Shown in pieces: positions 46,746 through 55,984 of a stretch of DNA of 64,000 bases (its first letter is position 1; each line of letters starts with the position of its first letter). The stretch is from IMG/VR virus record IMGVR_UViG_3300025120_010645, positions 2,385-66,384 of that record, one strand, 5' to 3'. The notes beneath the pieces are model-generated. The model saw nothing but the letters and a program-made list of their open reading frames with translations, did no database searches and was not told where the DNA came from. The position numbers and the translations under genes were made by a program. This DNA is from a virus.

Positions 46746-48230
46746 ATGGGTGTTGTAGATAAAAAAAGAGATTTACTAGCAAAAATAGCTTCAGTTAAAG
46801 CACTAGCTAATGTAAAAAAAGATAAGATTAATAGCTCTTATTCTTCCATAAATAATAAATTAAATAGTACTAATTTTTTAATAGATTTAACAACGGCTCT
46901 AGTCGGTGCTAAAGCGTTAAGAGATTATGTAATTGATACTATATCATATAAATTACCAGAAATAGAAGAAGCAGTTAAAGAAGGGTTAAAATTAGAATTA
47001 AAAAAATTATGCTCATGTAATATAAATCCATCAATACCTGACTGGTTAAAACACCCTACCAAGGGTGGAACAGGTGTTGACTTAAAAGTTACTGAGATAG
47101 ATTTTTTTGACATAATGAAAGTAAACCCAGTTAGTTTTGAAGGTCGTTTAATTTATACCGATAACAAAACTGGTGTAAATAGTAAGGATTTTAATACTTA
47201 TCTATACAGCACAATACAAACCCCAGGTACAGCTACACAATGGGGTAATTCAGTCGGAAGTAGCGATATAATAACAGCTACATTCATACCTGATGGTACA
47301 TCAACTGGAAAACCAAACAATATAATTAATTATACAGCCAGTGTAGATTATTCTGATAAAAAATTATCAGATTTCAACAATGATTATATTGATAGCTTAT
47401 CAATGTTTGGTAATCCTGGTTCAAAAAGTTCTAGCAAAATAATAGCTTCAATAATGGAAGAGTTATTCGGGTCAATATCCTCTATAACTAACAAGAGTAA
47501 AAAACAACTTATATCCGAAATAGGATTTAAAAAAGTTTTAGACTCTGTATTAGAAACAGAAACTCCCAAAGTACCAGACGATTTGTTTAAATTTGACAAG
47601 TCAACCTTAGCTAAAATAGATAGAGAATCCAACGATAGAAAAAAAGGGGTTAGAGAATTAAAGACACAGGTAATAACTAAAGTATCAGTAGGTGCTGCAG
47701 TTGTTAGTGATTCAATGGCGGCTATAGACTCAGCCTCAACCAAAGTTGAAGAAGTTTCAGCTATAAAAGACTCATTAAAAAGTGCAGCCAAGGCTCAAAC
47801 TAACTCTGCCTCAAATCTGGCAGATGAAGAAACAATAAAAACTAATTTTTTTACCGAAATAATTAAAAAATTAAAAAGAATTATTATGTCCTCAATAATG
47901 GGACCAGAATTTATAACTATTTTTGCTATAAACTATAAAATAGTTCACGGTCAAGATAGTGGCTATGACGACCCTTTAGATTTTATTAAGAAAAATAGAA
48001 CATTAGTTAAAAGTATAGGTAAAGTAATACTTAATATACTTTTAAATTTATTACTTAACATAGTATTATCCTACATAGCTAAATTACTTAAAGAAAAATT
48101 TATTGATGATAAAATAGAAAAAGCTAAAAATCATGTGAGTGTTTTATTAAGTTACTCAGGTGTTCCACCAAATGTAATTGCACAAATAAGAAAATTATCC
48201 GCAAGGGCAATACCAGATTTTAAAATTTAA
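46746..48230 (+). CDS. Hypothetical protein (baseplate-region)
   Basis: 494-aa ORF upstream of the spike gene; hydrophobic stretch VILNILLNLLLNIVLSYIA near the C-terminus. Confidence 0.7.
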   Translation: MGVVDKKRDLLAKIASVKALANVKKDKINSSYSSINNKLNSTNFLIDLTTALVGAKALRDYVIDTISYKLPEIEEAVKEGLKLELKKLCSCNINPSIPDWLKHPTKGGTGVDLKVTEIDFFDIMKVNPVSFEGRLIYTDNKTGVNSKDFNTYLYSTIQTPGTATQWGNSVGSSDIITATFIPDGTSTGKPNNIINYTASVDYSDKKLSDFNNDYIDSLSMFGNPGSKSSSKIIASIMEELFGSISSITNKSKKQLISEIGFKKVLDSVLETETPKVPDDLFKFDKSTLAKIDRESNDRKKGVRELKTQVITKVSVGAAVVSDSMAAIDSASTKVEEVSAIKDSLKSAAKAQTNSASNLADEETIKTNFFTEIIKKLKRIIMSSIMGPEFITIFAINYKIVHGQDSGYDDPLDFIKKNRTLVKSIGKVILNILLNLLLNIVLSYIAKLLKEKFIDDKIEKAKNHVSVLLSYSGVPPNVIAQIRKLSARAIPDFKI

Positions 48231-48234
48231 ATTT

Positions 48235-48681
48235 ATGGCAAACGAAAATTCTTCAGAAAAAACTCCAACAGATGAAGTTGACTTAACGTCAGTAAGCTCA
48301 ATACTTGATGTATTGGCAGCCTCATTTAACGTAATTCAAAAACCAGCTAAAATTATACCACCACCTCTTTTATTAATAGGTAAAAGATTAAGACCAGGTA
48401 TGAGTGCTAGGAATCTAGCAGCTAGAACTATAGCAAGATTAGAATCAGAGGGTGGATTACCAATGGGTGATGTATTTTCAGATGGACCAAATAAAGAAGC
48501 GTTAAAAGTAAAAATAATGGCTGAAGAATTAATAACAATGATACAAACAGAAGCTAAGGTTGATATAGCAATAGACCCAGGCGCAATACAAATAACAGCA
48601 GCGGGTTCTGCTGGACCAATACCAGTCGTAGTTCAAGGGTCTAACATACTTTTTGTTAGTGGAGGTGGCGGCGTTCGTTAA
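48235..48681 (+). CDS. Hypothetical protein (baseplate-region)
   Basis: 148-aa ORF in the same operon. Confidence 0.7.
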   Translation: MANENSSEKTPTDEVDLTSVSSILDVLAASFNVIQKPAKIIPPPLLLIGKRLRPGMSARNLAARTIARLESEGGLPMGDVFSDGPNKEALKVKIMAEELITMIQTEAKVDIAIDPGAIQITAAGSAGPIPVVVQGSNILFVSGGGGVR

Positions 48682-48691
48682 ATATATTAAT

Positions 48692-48874
48692 ATGGATAAT
48701 TTAGAAGATAAAAGTACTGATGAATTGAAAAAATACTTTGAGGAATTAAATAATAATCACCTTGATTTAAAAAAAAGAATGTTAAACGCATTCGATTTAA
48801 TGAAAAGTATGGAAGAAAAAGGTAAAGAAGTTTATAACATGTTACTTAAAAGAACAGGAGACACCAATGGATAA
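48692..48874 (+). CDS. Small coiled-coil protein
   Basis: 60 aa from ATG 48692; overlaps the next start. Confidence 0.6.
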   Translation: MDNLEDKSTDELKKYFEELNNNHLDLKKRMLNAFDLMKSMEEKGKEVYNMLLKRTGDTNG

Positions 48875-49937
48875 GTATAATAGTGGAAGAATAAATAAAG
48901 GTAATATTATTAATAATATACCCAATATATTTATAGCAGAAGTTAAACACGTAGGTAAACTTAGAATATCTAATAAAGAATTAACTGACCACTTAGACAT
49001 TAAGGGTGCCCCTGAAAAATTTCAAATAAGTAAAAAAAGTTTAGAAAGATATAACGCAGATGAATACGCAATAAAAATTAGCTTACCTGGGTCTAAATAT
49101 GATGGAAGTGTAGTAGGTAACGAATACACTAAAATAGACTTGATGAATTTACCAAATTGTTTTCCCTTAACACCAAAACACATTAGCTTTGTACCTAAGA
49201 TAGGTGAATTAGTTTTGGTAATGGTACAAAGTGAAACTGATTTATTTAGTGACAGATTCTATATAGGTCCAATTACATCTAGTTTAACTAAGATGAATAA
49301 AGACTTAAGTACAACTGCCTTATCCAATTTTTCAATAGGAGCGACTGATGCCACTGAAGAAATTAGTAAAATACCCTTAGCTAAAGGTATTTATGAAGAC
49401 CCGCAAAATGTAACAATAAACGGTAGAGGTAATACTGATATAATTCAAAGAAATGAAGAAATATTACTAAGATGTGGTAAATTTGTATCTGACAACCCTT
49501 TACAATTTAATTCACTTAACCCAGGATTTATTCAAATAAAAAGTGACTTTAATACAAGTATTGAAAATAGTGAACAAACTAAAAAAATAACTGTTACTAA
49601 TATCGTGTCAGACAAGATAAACTTACTAACATATAATGGTTCACCAACCCTAACTTCTAAAAAGGGTTTAACCAGTGTTAAAAAAGATACGAATATCGCA
49701 GAATATATTAATGATGATAAGCTTGAAGAAATATTAAGCGATGCTCACCCATTAGTTTTTGGTGACACTTTAATAGCATATTTAAAATTATTAAGAACCG
49801 CATTACTAAATCATGTACATAATGGAAACGGTAATATAGCGTGTGATATCAGTCCTGGTATTGCAGTAAAAGATTATACAGATAAAGCAGAAAAATTAGA
49901 GAATGCAATGTTATCTAAAAATATTAGAATTAATTAA
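48867..49937 (+). CDS. Baseplate central spike (gp5/gpV/VgrG-like)
   Basis: OB-fold motif PKIGELVLV...YIG and C-terminal HxH (NHVH) metal-binding tip. Confidence 0.7.
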   Translation: MDKYNSGRINKGNIINNIPNIFIAEVKHVGKLRISNKELTDHLDIKGAPEKFQISKKSLERYNADEYAIKISLPGSKYDGSVVGNEYTKIDLMNLPNCFPLTPKHISFVPKIGELVLVMVQSETDLFSDRFYIGPITSSLTKMNKDLSTTALSNFSIGATDATEEISKIPLAKGIYEDPQNVTINGRGNTDIIQRNEEILLRCGKFVSDNPLQFNSLNPGFIQIKSDFNTSIENSEQTKKITVTNIVSDKINLLTYNGSPTLTSKKGLTSVKKDTNIAEYINDDKLEEILSDAHPLVFGDTLIAYLKLLRTALLNHVHNGNGNIACDISPGIAVKDYTDKAEKLENAMLSKNIRIN

Positions 49938-49946
49938 AATTTCCAG

Positions 49947-49954
49947 ATATTTAT
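49947..49954 (+). promoter_or_regulatory. Putative late promoter motif ATATTTAT
   Basis: 13 nt upstream of ATG 49968. Confidence 0.65.
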
Positions 49955-49967
49955 TAATAAAGGAAAA

Positions 49968-51368
49968 ATGGTAATTAGGTCTTATTTTGATAAAAACAAT
50001 ACGTTATTACATAATAACAATACAAACGTAGGTAGAAATCCTATAACTGAATTGTATTATGGAGGTTCTGCTACCGCACAATCATTTACTAGATTTATTT
50101 TTTATTTTGATGAAACAAGATTAAAAACCCTATATAATGACAAGACATATGCTGACATATCAAAATTAAAACACACATTAAGACTAACCAACACTGGTTC
50201 ATTTGATACTGAATTACTAGGTAAACCTAAATGTAAAACAAAACAAAGAACATCTTCATTTGACTTAATAGTATTTCCAATAACTCAAGAATGGGACGAA
50301 GGGTATGGATATGATTATGATAACTGTACATATATTGGAGAGGCTTCTCAAGCAACTTGTGCATCAAACTGGATTGAAGCTAAAACACTATCTAATTGGA
50401 CAGAACCTGGAGTTTATTCTGGTTCGCCAACAACTATAAATACACAACACTTTTCTCAGGGTAATGAAAATCTAGAAATAGATATTACCGATACTGTTAA
50501 TGCGTACATAACTGGTAGCACCAATTACGGCTTAGGTATTGCATTCCCAAGAACTCTTGAAGTATTAGAAACAACCAAAAAACAATATGTTGGTTTCTTT
50601 ACTAGACATACACAAACTTTTTACGAACCGTTTGTAGAAACAACATATAGCGAAACCATTAGTGATGATAGAAGTGATTTTTATTTAGATAAAAATAATA
50701 AATTATACTTATACTCTAATCTAGGTGGTGTACCAACTAACTTAGACACATTACCTGGTGCTGTTATTAGAGATGGAGATGGTGATATATATAAAACAAT
50801 AGTACCAAGCGATGTTACACACGTAACTAAAGGAGTTTACTCTATAGACGTTAATGTTACTGGAACCACAAAAAATGTAGACTCAGTAGGGTTTACAGAC
50901 ACTTGGAGTAATATCATAATTAATGGTATTACTAGACCAAATATAGAATTAGACTTTATATTAAAGGATAGTAACAAATACTACAACATAGGGGATAGTT
51001 ATTCACAACCTAAGAAATTCGGGTTAAATGTTACTGGTATTAAATTAGAAGAGAGGTTGTATAGAGGCGATGTAAGGAGAGTAAACGTTTCAGTTAACAT
51101 TCCATACACTGTAAACCAAAAACAACTAGTAGATAGTATTAAATACCGTCTATATGTTAAGGAAGGTAGAAACGAATTTACAGTAATTAACTTCCAAGAT
51201 GTACATATGGCAAATAATGCAAATTATTTCTTATTAGATACTCAAAGTCTACTACCAGGAACTTATTATTTAGATGTAAAAGTTGCATCTAATTTAGAAG
51301 TAACTACAACTAAAGAAGTGATTAGCTTTGATATAGTTAGTCAAAGTAATTCAAGAATATCACAATAA
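49968..51368 (+). CDS. Virion structural protein (beta-rich)
   Basis: WDEG.G...NW...W..PG, IDITD.V, NYGLGI, FFTRHT.T.YEP pattern; preceded by the late motif. Confidence 0.65.
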   Translation: MVIRSYFDKNNTLLHNNNTNVGRNPITELYYGGSATAQSFTRFIFYFDETRLKTLYNDKTYADISKLKHTLRLTNTGSFDTELLGKPKCKTKQRTSSFDLIVFPITQEWDEGYGYDYDNCTYIGEASQATCASNWIEAKTLSNWTEPGVYSGSPTTINTQHFSQGNENLEIDITDTVNAYITGSTNYGLGIAFPRTLEVLETTKKQYVGFFTRHTQTFYEPFVETTYSETISDDRSDFYLDKNNKLYLYSNLGGVPTNLDTLPGAVIRDGDGDIYKTIVPSDVTHVTKGVYSIDVNVTGTTKNVDSVGFTDTWSNIIINGITRPNIELDFILKDSNKYYNIGDSYSQPKKFGLNVTGIKLEERLYRGDVRRVNVSVNIPYTVNQKQLVDSIKYRLYVKEGRNEFTVINFQDVHMANNANYFLLDTQSLLPGTYYLDVKVASNLEVTTTKEVISFDIVSQSNSRISQ

Positions 51369-51382
51369 TTGTATATTAAATA

Positions 51383-51390
51383 ATATTTAT
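51383..51390 (+). promoter_or_regulatory. Putative late promoter motif ATATTTAT
   Basis: 14 nt upstream of ATG 51405. Confidence 0.65.
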
Positions 51391-51404
51391 ATAAAAAAAA
51401 CAAA

Positions 51405-52739
51405 ATGGCTAATAAATTTTTATTCTTAAGGACAGAAAACAGTCCATTTGTTGGCAACGCTGCTGACATAACAAAAAACTCTGTTTTAACTCACAGTGAT
51501 GTTGATAATAACTTTATATTTCTTAAAGGTGAAGATATATTAACAGGTGAAGTTTCAGGAAATGATTTAGTATTAAATAAAGTAAATAACGACACAATAG
51601 CAATAGATTTATCATCAATTGCTGGTGGTGGTGGAACAAATACATTTACGACTGGATTTACATATGATAATTCTAATAATTTCACTATATTAAGAAATAG
51701 CGGTAAACCTGATTTGAATGTTAATGTTAGTACTATGACTGGTCTTACTATTAATGGCGCACTTAGCGCTACGACTATTAGCTCGACATCTATATCAGCT
51801 ACAACAATTGACGCTGGTGATATACTTTCTGGTGGTACAAACCTTAATAGTATATTTCAAACAATTTCTGGTGGTGGTGGTAGTCATACTTCTATTAATA
51901 GTTTATCTGGCGCTATAAGTTTAATTGGTGGTACTAATATTACGTTAGCTACCGTTGGTAACGCTATAACTATTAATTCCTCTGCTGGTGGAGGAACTGT
52001 ATCTTCAGTTGCGGCTAGTTTCGGAGGTGATGCTTTTTCATTAGCTGGTTCTCCAATAACTACATCTGGTACATTGGCGATAACTGCATCTGGGAATGCT
52101 ACACAATATGTAAACGGATTGGGTAATTTAGCCTTACTAAGTACAATACCTACTTCTTTAACATTAACTACAACAGGGACCAACGGTGCTGCAACTCTTG
52201 TTGGTAATACATTAAATATTCCTCAGTACGTTAGTGGTAGTGGTGGTGGTGCTACAGGTATCTCTGCTTTTCCAATAAGTACTTCTAACTCTTCTACCGT
52301 TACTTTTGGCGGTTATACGGAGGGTGTAACTGTTATACCTGATTCCGATATAACTGTTAGTAAAATGAGTTTTTTTATAAAGAACAACACAGGTTCTAAT
52401 ATTTCTAAACCAAAAGTTGGAATATACTTGAAATCAACCAAAGCTAGATTGGCTTATGGTAAAGATAACGCTGCTACCGCAGGTACTGTACAAGGTATAA
52501 ATACCATTAACTTAAATACTTCTATTACACTGTCAGCAGGTGTTGAGTATTATTTTGCGATGTACGTCACCAATAGCTCACTAAATCTTTTAGGTAAAAC
52601 TGCGATAGCACAAGGTGGAATTAATTCGGAAGCCATTGCTTTCAGATATGTTCTTAATGTAGCGGATGGTGATGAAATACCAAACCCCGTAGTCGCCACT
52701 AATAGTGGGACATCCCCTTGGCTTAGAGCACATTCTTAG
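51405..52739 (+). CDS. Gly/Thr-rich fibre-like virion protein
   Basis: N-terminal LTHSDVDNNFIFL anchor motif, TFTTGFTY...LRNSG unit related to the 1..2155 repeat, GTVSSV and GSPITTSGTL fibre motifs. Confidence 0.7.
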   Translation: MANKFLFLRTENSPFVGNAADITKNSVLTHSDVDNNFIFLKGEDILTGEVSGNDLVLNKVNNDTIAIDLSSIAGGGGTNTFTTGFTYDNSNNFTILRNSGKPDLNVNVSTMTGLTINGALSATTISSTSISATTIDAGDILSGGTNLNSIFQTISGGGGSHTSINSLSGAISLIGGTNITLATVGNAITINSSAGGGTVSSVAASFGGDAFSLAGSPITTSGTLAITASGNATQYVNGLGNLALLSTIPTSLTLTTTGTNGAATLVGNTLNIPQYVSGSGGGATGISAFPISTSNSSTVTFGGYTEGVTVIPDSDITVSKMSFFIKNNTGSNISKPKVGIYLKSTKARLAYGKDNAATAGTVQGINTINLNTSITLSAGVEYYFAMYVTNSSLNLLGKTAIAQGGINSEAIAFRYVLNVADGDEIPNPVVATNSGTSPWLRAHS

Positions 52740-52794
52740 AAAATTAAATAATAAAATAAAAACTACTTTAATAAAAAATTAAATATTTACAATT

Positions 52795-53217
52795 ATGAAC
52801 GCAAATATATATGAATACGGAACAGACCCAGAAACAGGTCTTAAAAGAAGATTAATAAGGGACACTGTCGTAGTTCAAGAAGAAATGGACTCAAATGCAA
52901 AACCTAAAGCAGTTGTACATTTACGATTACAAACTTACGTTGAAAACGAAGGTGTCGTAGCTGTAGTTACAGACGTAACGGCAGGTTATGAAGTTGTTAA
53001 GGGTGAAATTTCTTATAATATAGACGGTGAGACTTTGCCAAAATATACTATCAACACAGAAACTGGTGAAAAAACTTTAGATATTGACCCAGAAACTGGT
53101 GAACCTTTCGCAAGAGACAACGGTTATGAAAATACTATAATCTTATCCAAGTGTCCAATACCTTTTGATGTAGTATTAGATAATAGTATTAAAGAATATT
53201 ATAAAATTGTAGATTAA
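52795..53217 (+). CDS. Hypothetical protein (possible fibre chaperone)
   Basis: 140 aa with DPETG/NTETG/DPETG turns; follows the fibre gene. Confidence 0.65.
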   Translation: MNANIYEYGTDPETGLKRRLIRDTVVVQEEMDSNAKPKAVVHLRLQTYVENEGVVAVVTDVTAGYEVVKGEISYNIDGETLPKYTINTETGEKTLDIDPETGEPFARDNGYENTIILSKCPIPFDVVLDNSIKEYYKIVD

Positions 53218-53255
53218 TTTACATTTTATTGTAAAATCATTTAATTATTTTACGT

Positions 53256-53290
53256 GCCCCTTATATATATTAATATAAGGGGCTTACTTC
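53256..53290 (+). terminator. Hairpin / probable terminator
   Basis: GCCCCTTATAT-ATATTA-ATATAAGGGGC (11-bp stem) followed by TTACTTC. Confidence 0.65.
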
Positions 53291-53313
53291 TGTCCAAAAA
53301 AACAAAACAATAA

Positions 53314-53442
53314 ATGATAGCAACACTACTAATTGTAGCAATAATAGTAACTAGTATAGACTTATATACTAATAGACTAGGCAACCCAATAGAAATTGAA
53401 AATAAAGAAGATTCTGAAGAAAATGAAAAAAAAGGGCTTTAA
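53314..53442 (+). CDS. Small membrane peptide (42 aa)
   Basis: MIATLLIVAIIVTSIDLYTNRLGNPIEIENKEDSEENEKKGL: hydrophobic N-terminus and charged tail; A-rich leader; below the ORF-track cutoff. Confidence 0.45.
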   Translation: MIATLLIVAIIVTSIDLYTNRLGNPIEIENKEDSEENEKKGL

Positions 53443-53545
53443 TAGCTCTAATTTAATAAACTTTCTAATGATACCTGGTGTGATACGATACCACACCTAT
53501 TAAAAGTCTATTAAACAATCTTAAAATAAGTTTTGGTTGCTAAAA

Positions 53546-53779
53546 TTAGCTTTTAGGACTATACATACTTGGTTTTGGACCACCTTTTTTAATATCTAAT
53601 AATAATTGGTGTTGCTTAGGACTTAACTTAACAAAATCCCCACCATCAGATATCCATTGTTTAAGAATTTTAATTCCACTATTATTTGTTGTATTTTTAA
53701 GAACACCCTTTAAGTGTTTTACAGATATTGATTTGTAATCTACACCCTCTGTAAGTATTTTCTTTATTAAGTCTTTCAT
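53546..53779 (-). CDS. Small protein with MKDLIKKILTE leader (possible internal head protein)
   Basis: Late motif at 53784..53791; leader ends in an L-x-E site. Confidence 0.65.
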   Translation of the reverse strand: MKDLIKKILTEGVDYKSISVKHLKGVLKNTTNNSGIKILKQWISDGGDFVKLSPKQHQLLLDIKKGGPKPSMYSPKS

Positions 53780-53800
53780 GTATATAAATATATAAATTAA

Positions 53801-54022
53801 TTAATTACAATCCTCTTTTTTACCCCTTTTTAAATTTAATAGTATATATTCACCAACTATAGTAGTTATAGAACCTAATATAAAAGCTATTAACTCTTCA
53901 ATCCTTCCGTTGGTATCATGTTCTAAGAACACTATACTAATAGTAGATATAACTAATATAGTACATAACGTTACGGTTAGCAATAACACAGCAATATCTT
54001 TTGGTTTTAAGTCTCTAAACAT
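53801..54022 (-). CDS. Two-TM small membrane protein (holin-like topology)
   Basis: Two hydrophobic segments and a basic C-terminus; late motif at 54029..54036. Confidence 0.6.
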   Translation of the reverse strand: MFRDLKPKDIAVLLLTVTLCTILVISTISIVFLEHDTNGRIEELIAFILGSITTIVGEYILLNLKRGKKEDCN

Positions 54023-54063
54023 ATATCTATAAATATCTGTGATTATTATAAAAGTTAAGACAT

Positions 54064-54094
54064 AAAAAAAAGGTGAACATAAATGCTCACCTTT
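54064..54094 (-). terminator. Intrinsic terminator after the major capsid gene
   Basis: AAAGGTGA...TCACCTTT stem; A8 on + reads as a U-run on -. Confidence 0.8.
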
Positions 54095-54121
54095 CTTAAG
54101 TATGTAAAGATTATATTTCTA

Positions 54122-55945
54122 TTATCTCAATTCAGCAACGTTGAATGTTGGTACACCGTCAACTTTAACATGTCCGTAGAAACGGTTGTTCACCATTTTC
54201 TTAGCATATCTTGTCATAATCCCTTTTACAGGAGCGAAGTTGAACGGGTTGTACATTGTTGGAGTAAGTTGCATTGGCACGTATGGTGCGTAGATGTAAC
54301 CAGTATCCAATAATGATTTACCTTTATGTCCAATAATCATAGAGTGTGCTGGAGCATATGGGTCTCTATAAATTTGGTATCTTCCCGAAAGAGAACCAAC
54401 TTTTTCAATACCCATGTTATATTGGTCTTGCTCTGGGTTAGCGTCAGAAACGTGGAAGTATTCTAAATCATCAAAAATAGCTGAGATTTCAGAAGATACA
54501 ACTACGAAGTTTGCACCACCTCTTAGAGTAGACTTATGAATTTGTGCAGAAATTTGGTTAACTTTAGTAATTAAAGTTTGATTCCAATCTTTTTGCGTAT
54601 AAGCATTAGATGCAGTAGAAGATTTTCTCCATCCCTGGTAATCCCATCTTGAAGCAACACCTGCAACTCTTAAATCTCTTAAGATTTCTCTATCGATTTC
54701 AGCAGCAACTTGTTCAGACAACATAGAAGTTAATTCAGCTTCAGCGTCAATGTTGTGGAATGCACTAACATCTTGCGCTAATTCTGGAGACCATGTAGCT
54801 CTTAATTTTCTTTCTTCAACAGCAACAACAACTTCATCCAATTTGAAAGAAACTTCACCAAGTTCAGTCTCTAATTCAAGAGAAGCATATTGTGTCCAAG
54901 AAATAACAAATTGATTTTCTGTATGTGCAGATTGAGTTGCATTCATTACAGCTCCGATATAACCATCATAAGTAGAAGTTGCAGCACCTTGAGCAACTGG
55001 ATGAGTCAAATCTACCTCAATAAATAAGTTACCACCAGCATCACAAATCTCACCGTATTCAACGATTCCTTTTCCGTACTTCTGAGTAACTAATCTAAAT
55101 GGTAATTCACCACCAGCAGCAACAATTTGATTAGCATCCACATCAACTAATGCATCAGTTGCACTAACCTTTAAAGAAGCTAAAAACGCTTCAGTATCCA
55201 CTTCGTTTCCGTCTGGACCAGTTAATTGTCCTTTTTGTCTAGTAGCATTTGCTGTAAATCCTTCTACTTTAACAATAACACTTCTAAGTGAACCATCAGT
55301 AGCAGTTGGAAGGTTACCAAATACAGTTGAAGAAAGTCCAGAGAATGCTCCAGCAGAGTTCAATGTTTGTAATGTCTTTGTAGGACTAGTGTACATAGTT
55401 ACAGTACCTTTTGAATTATCAAATAATCCATCATTGTAATATAAGTCATATAAAGATTTAGCTTGCATTGTAGTAGCAGCACATCCACCAGAAACATCAA
55501 CACAGTCAGGTAAAGCAACCCCGTTCTTATCAGAAAGACCAGTGTGTGCAGAATACTGAGCACCATTAGCTCCGTAAAAATCACCTGCTACACCAGCGGC
55601 GTTAACTCTGTTTGACGTTTGTGGTACGAAGTAGAACAATTTACCAATTGGCATGTTCATAGCTTGTACAGACACGATGTCATTAGCTAATAATTTTGAG
55701 AATACTCTTCTCACGATAGGAAATACTACCGTTTCAAAAGAACCTGAAGACGTAGCATCAGTTGCTTCTGTTAATAAAGAAGTCGCTTGGTTCTCAAATA
55801 ATTGAGCAACGTTTTCTTTAACGTGACCTTTAAGTCCTTCTAAGAATCCTAAAGAATCCCATTTTTGTTGAGTTTGTTCACGAATAACCTTCATGTGGTT
55901 TAATCCGATGTTCCCAACTTGTCCAGAATTTAATAAATGTGACAT
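54122..55945 (-). CDS. gp23: Major capsid protein (T4 gp23-like) with a large insertion domain
   Basis: IVRRVF..LLANDIVSVQAM..P.G..F, RKLRATWSPELAQD, IDAEAELT..LSEQVAAEIDREI, YAPYVP, TRYA. Confidence 0.95.
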   Translation of the reverse strand: MSHLLNSGQVGNIGLNHMKVIREQTQQKWDSLGFLEGLKGHVKENVAQLFENQATSLLTEATDATSSGSFETVVFPIVRRVFSKLLANDIVSVQAMNMPIGKLFYFVPQTSNRVNAAGVAGDFYGANGAQYSAHTGLSDKNGVALPDCVDVSGGCAATTMQAKSLYDLYYNDGLFDNSKGTVTMYTSPTKTLQTLNSAGAFSGLSSTVFGNLPTATDGSLRSVIVKVEGFTANATRQKGQLTGPDGNEVDTEAFLASLKVSATDALVDVDANQIVAAGGELPFRLVTQKYGKGIVEYGEICDAGGNLFIEVDLTHPVAQGAATSTYDGYIGAVMNATQSAHTENQFVISWTQYASLELETELGEVSFKLDEVVVAVEERKLRATWSPELAQDVSAFHNIDAEAELTSMLSEQVAAEIDREILRDLRVAGVASRWDYQGWRKSSTASNAYTQKDWNQTLITKVNQISAQIHKSTLRGGANFVVVSSEISAIFDDLEYFHVSDANPEQDQYNMGIEKVGSLSGRYQIYRDPYAPAHSMIIGHKGKSLLDTGYIYAPYVPMQLTPTMYNPFNFAPVKGIMTRYAKKMVNNRFYGHVKVDGVPTFNVAELR

Positions 55946-55984
55946 AATTGTTTAATTTTAAATTTAATTGTATTATTATTATTA

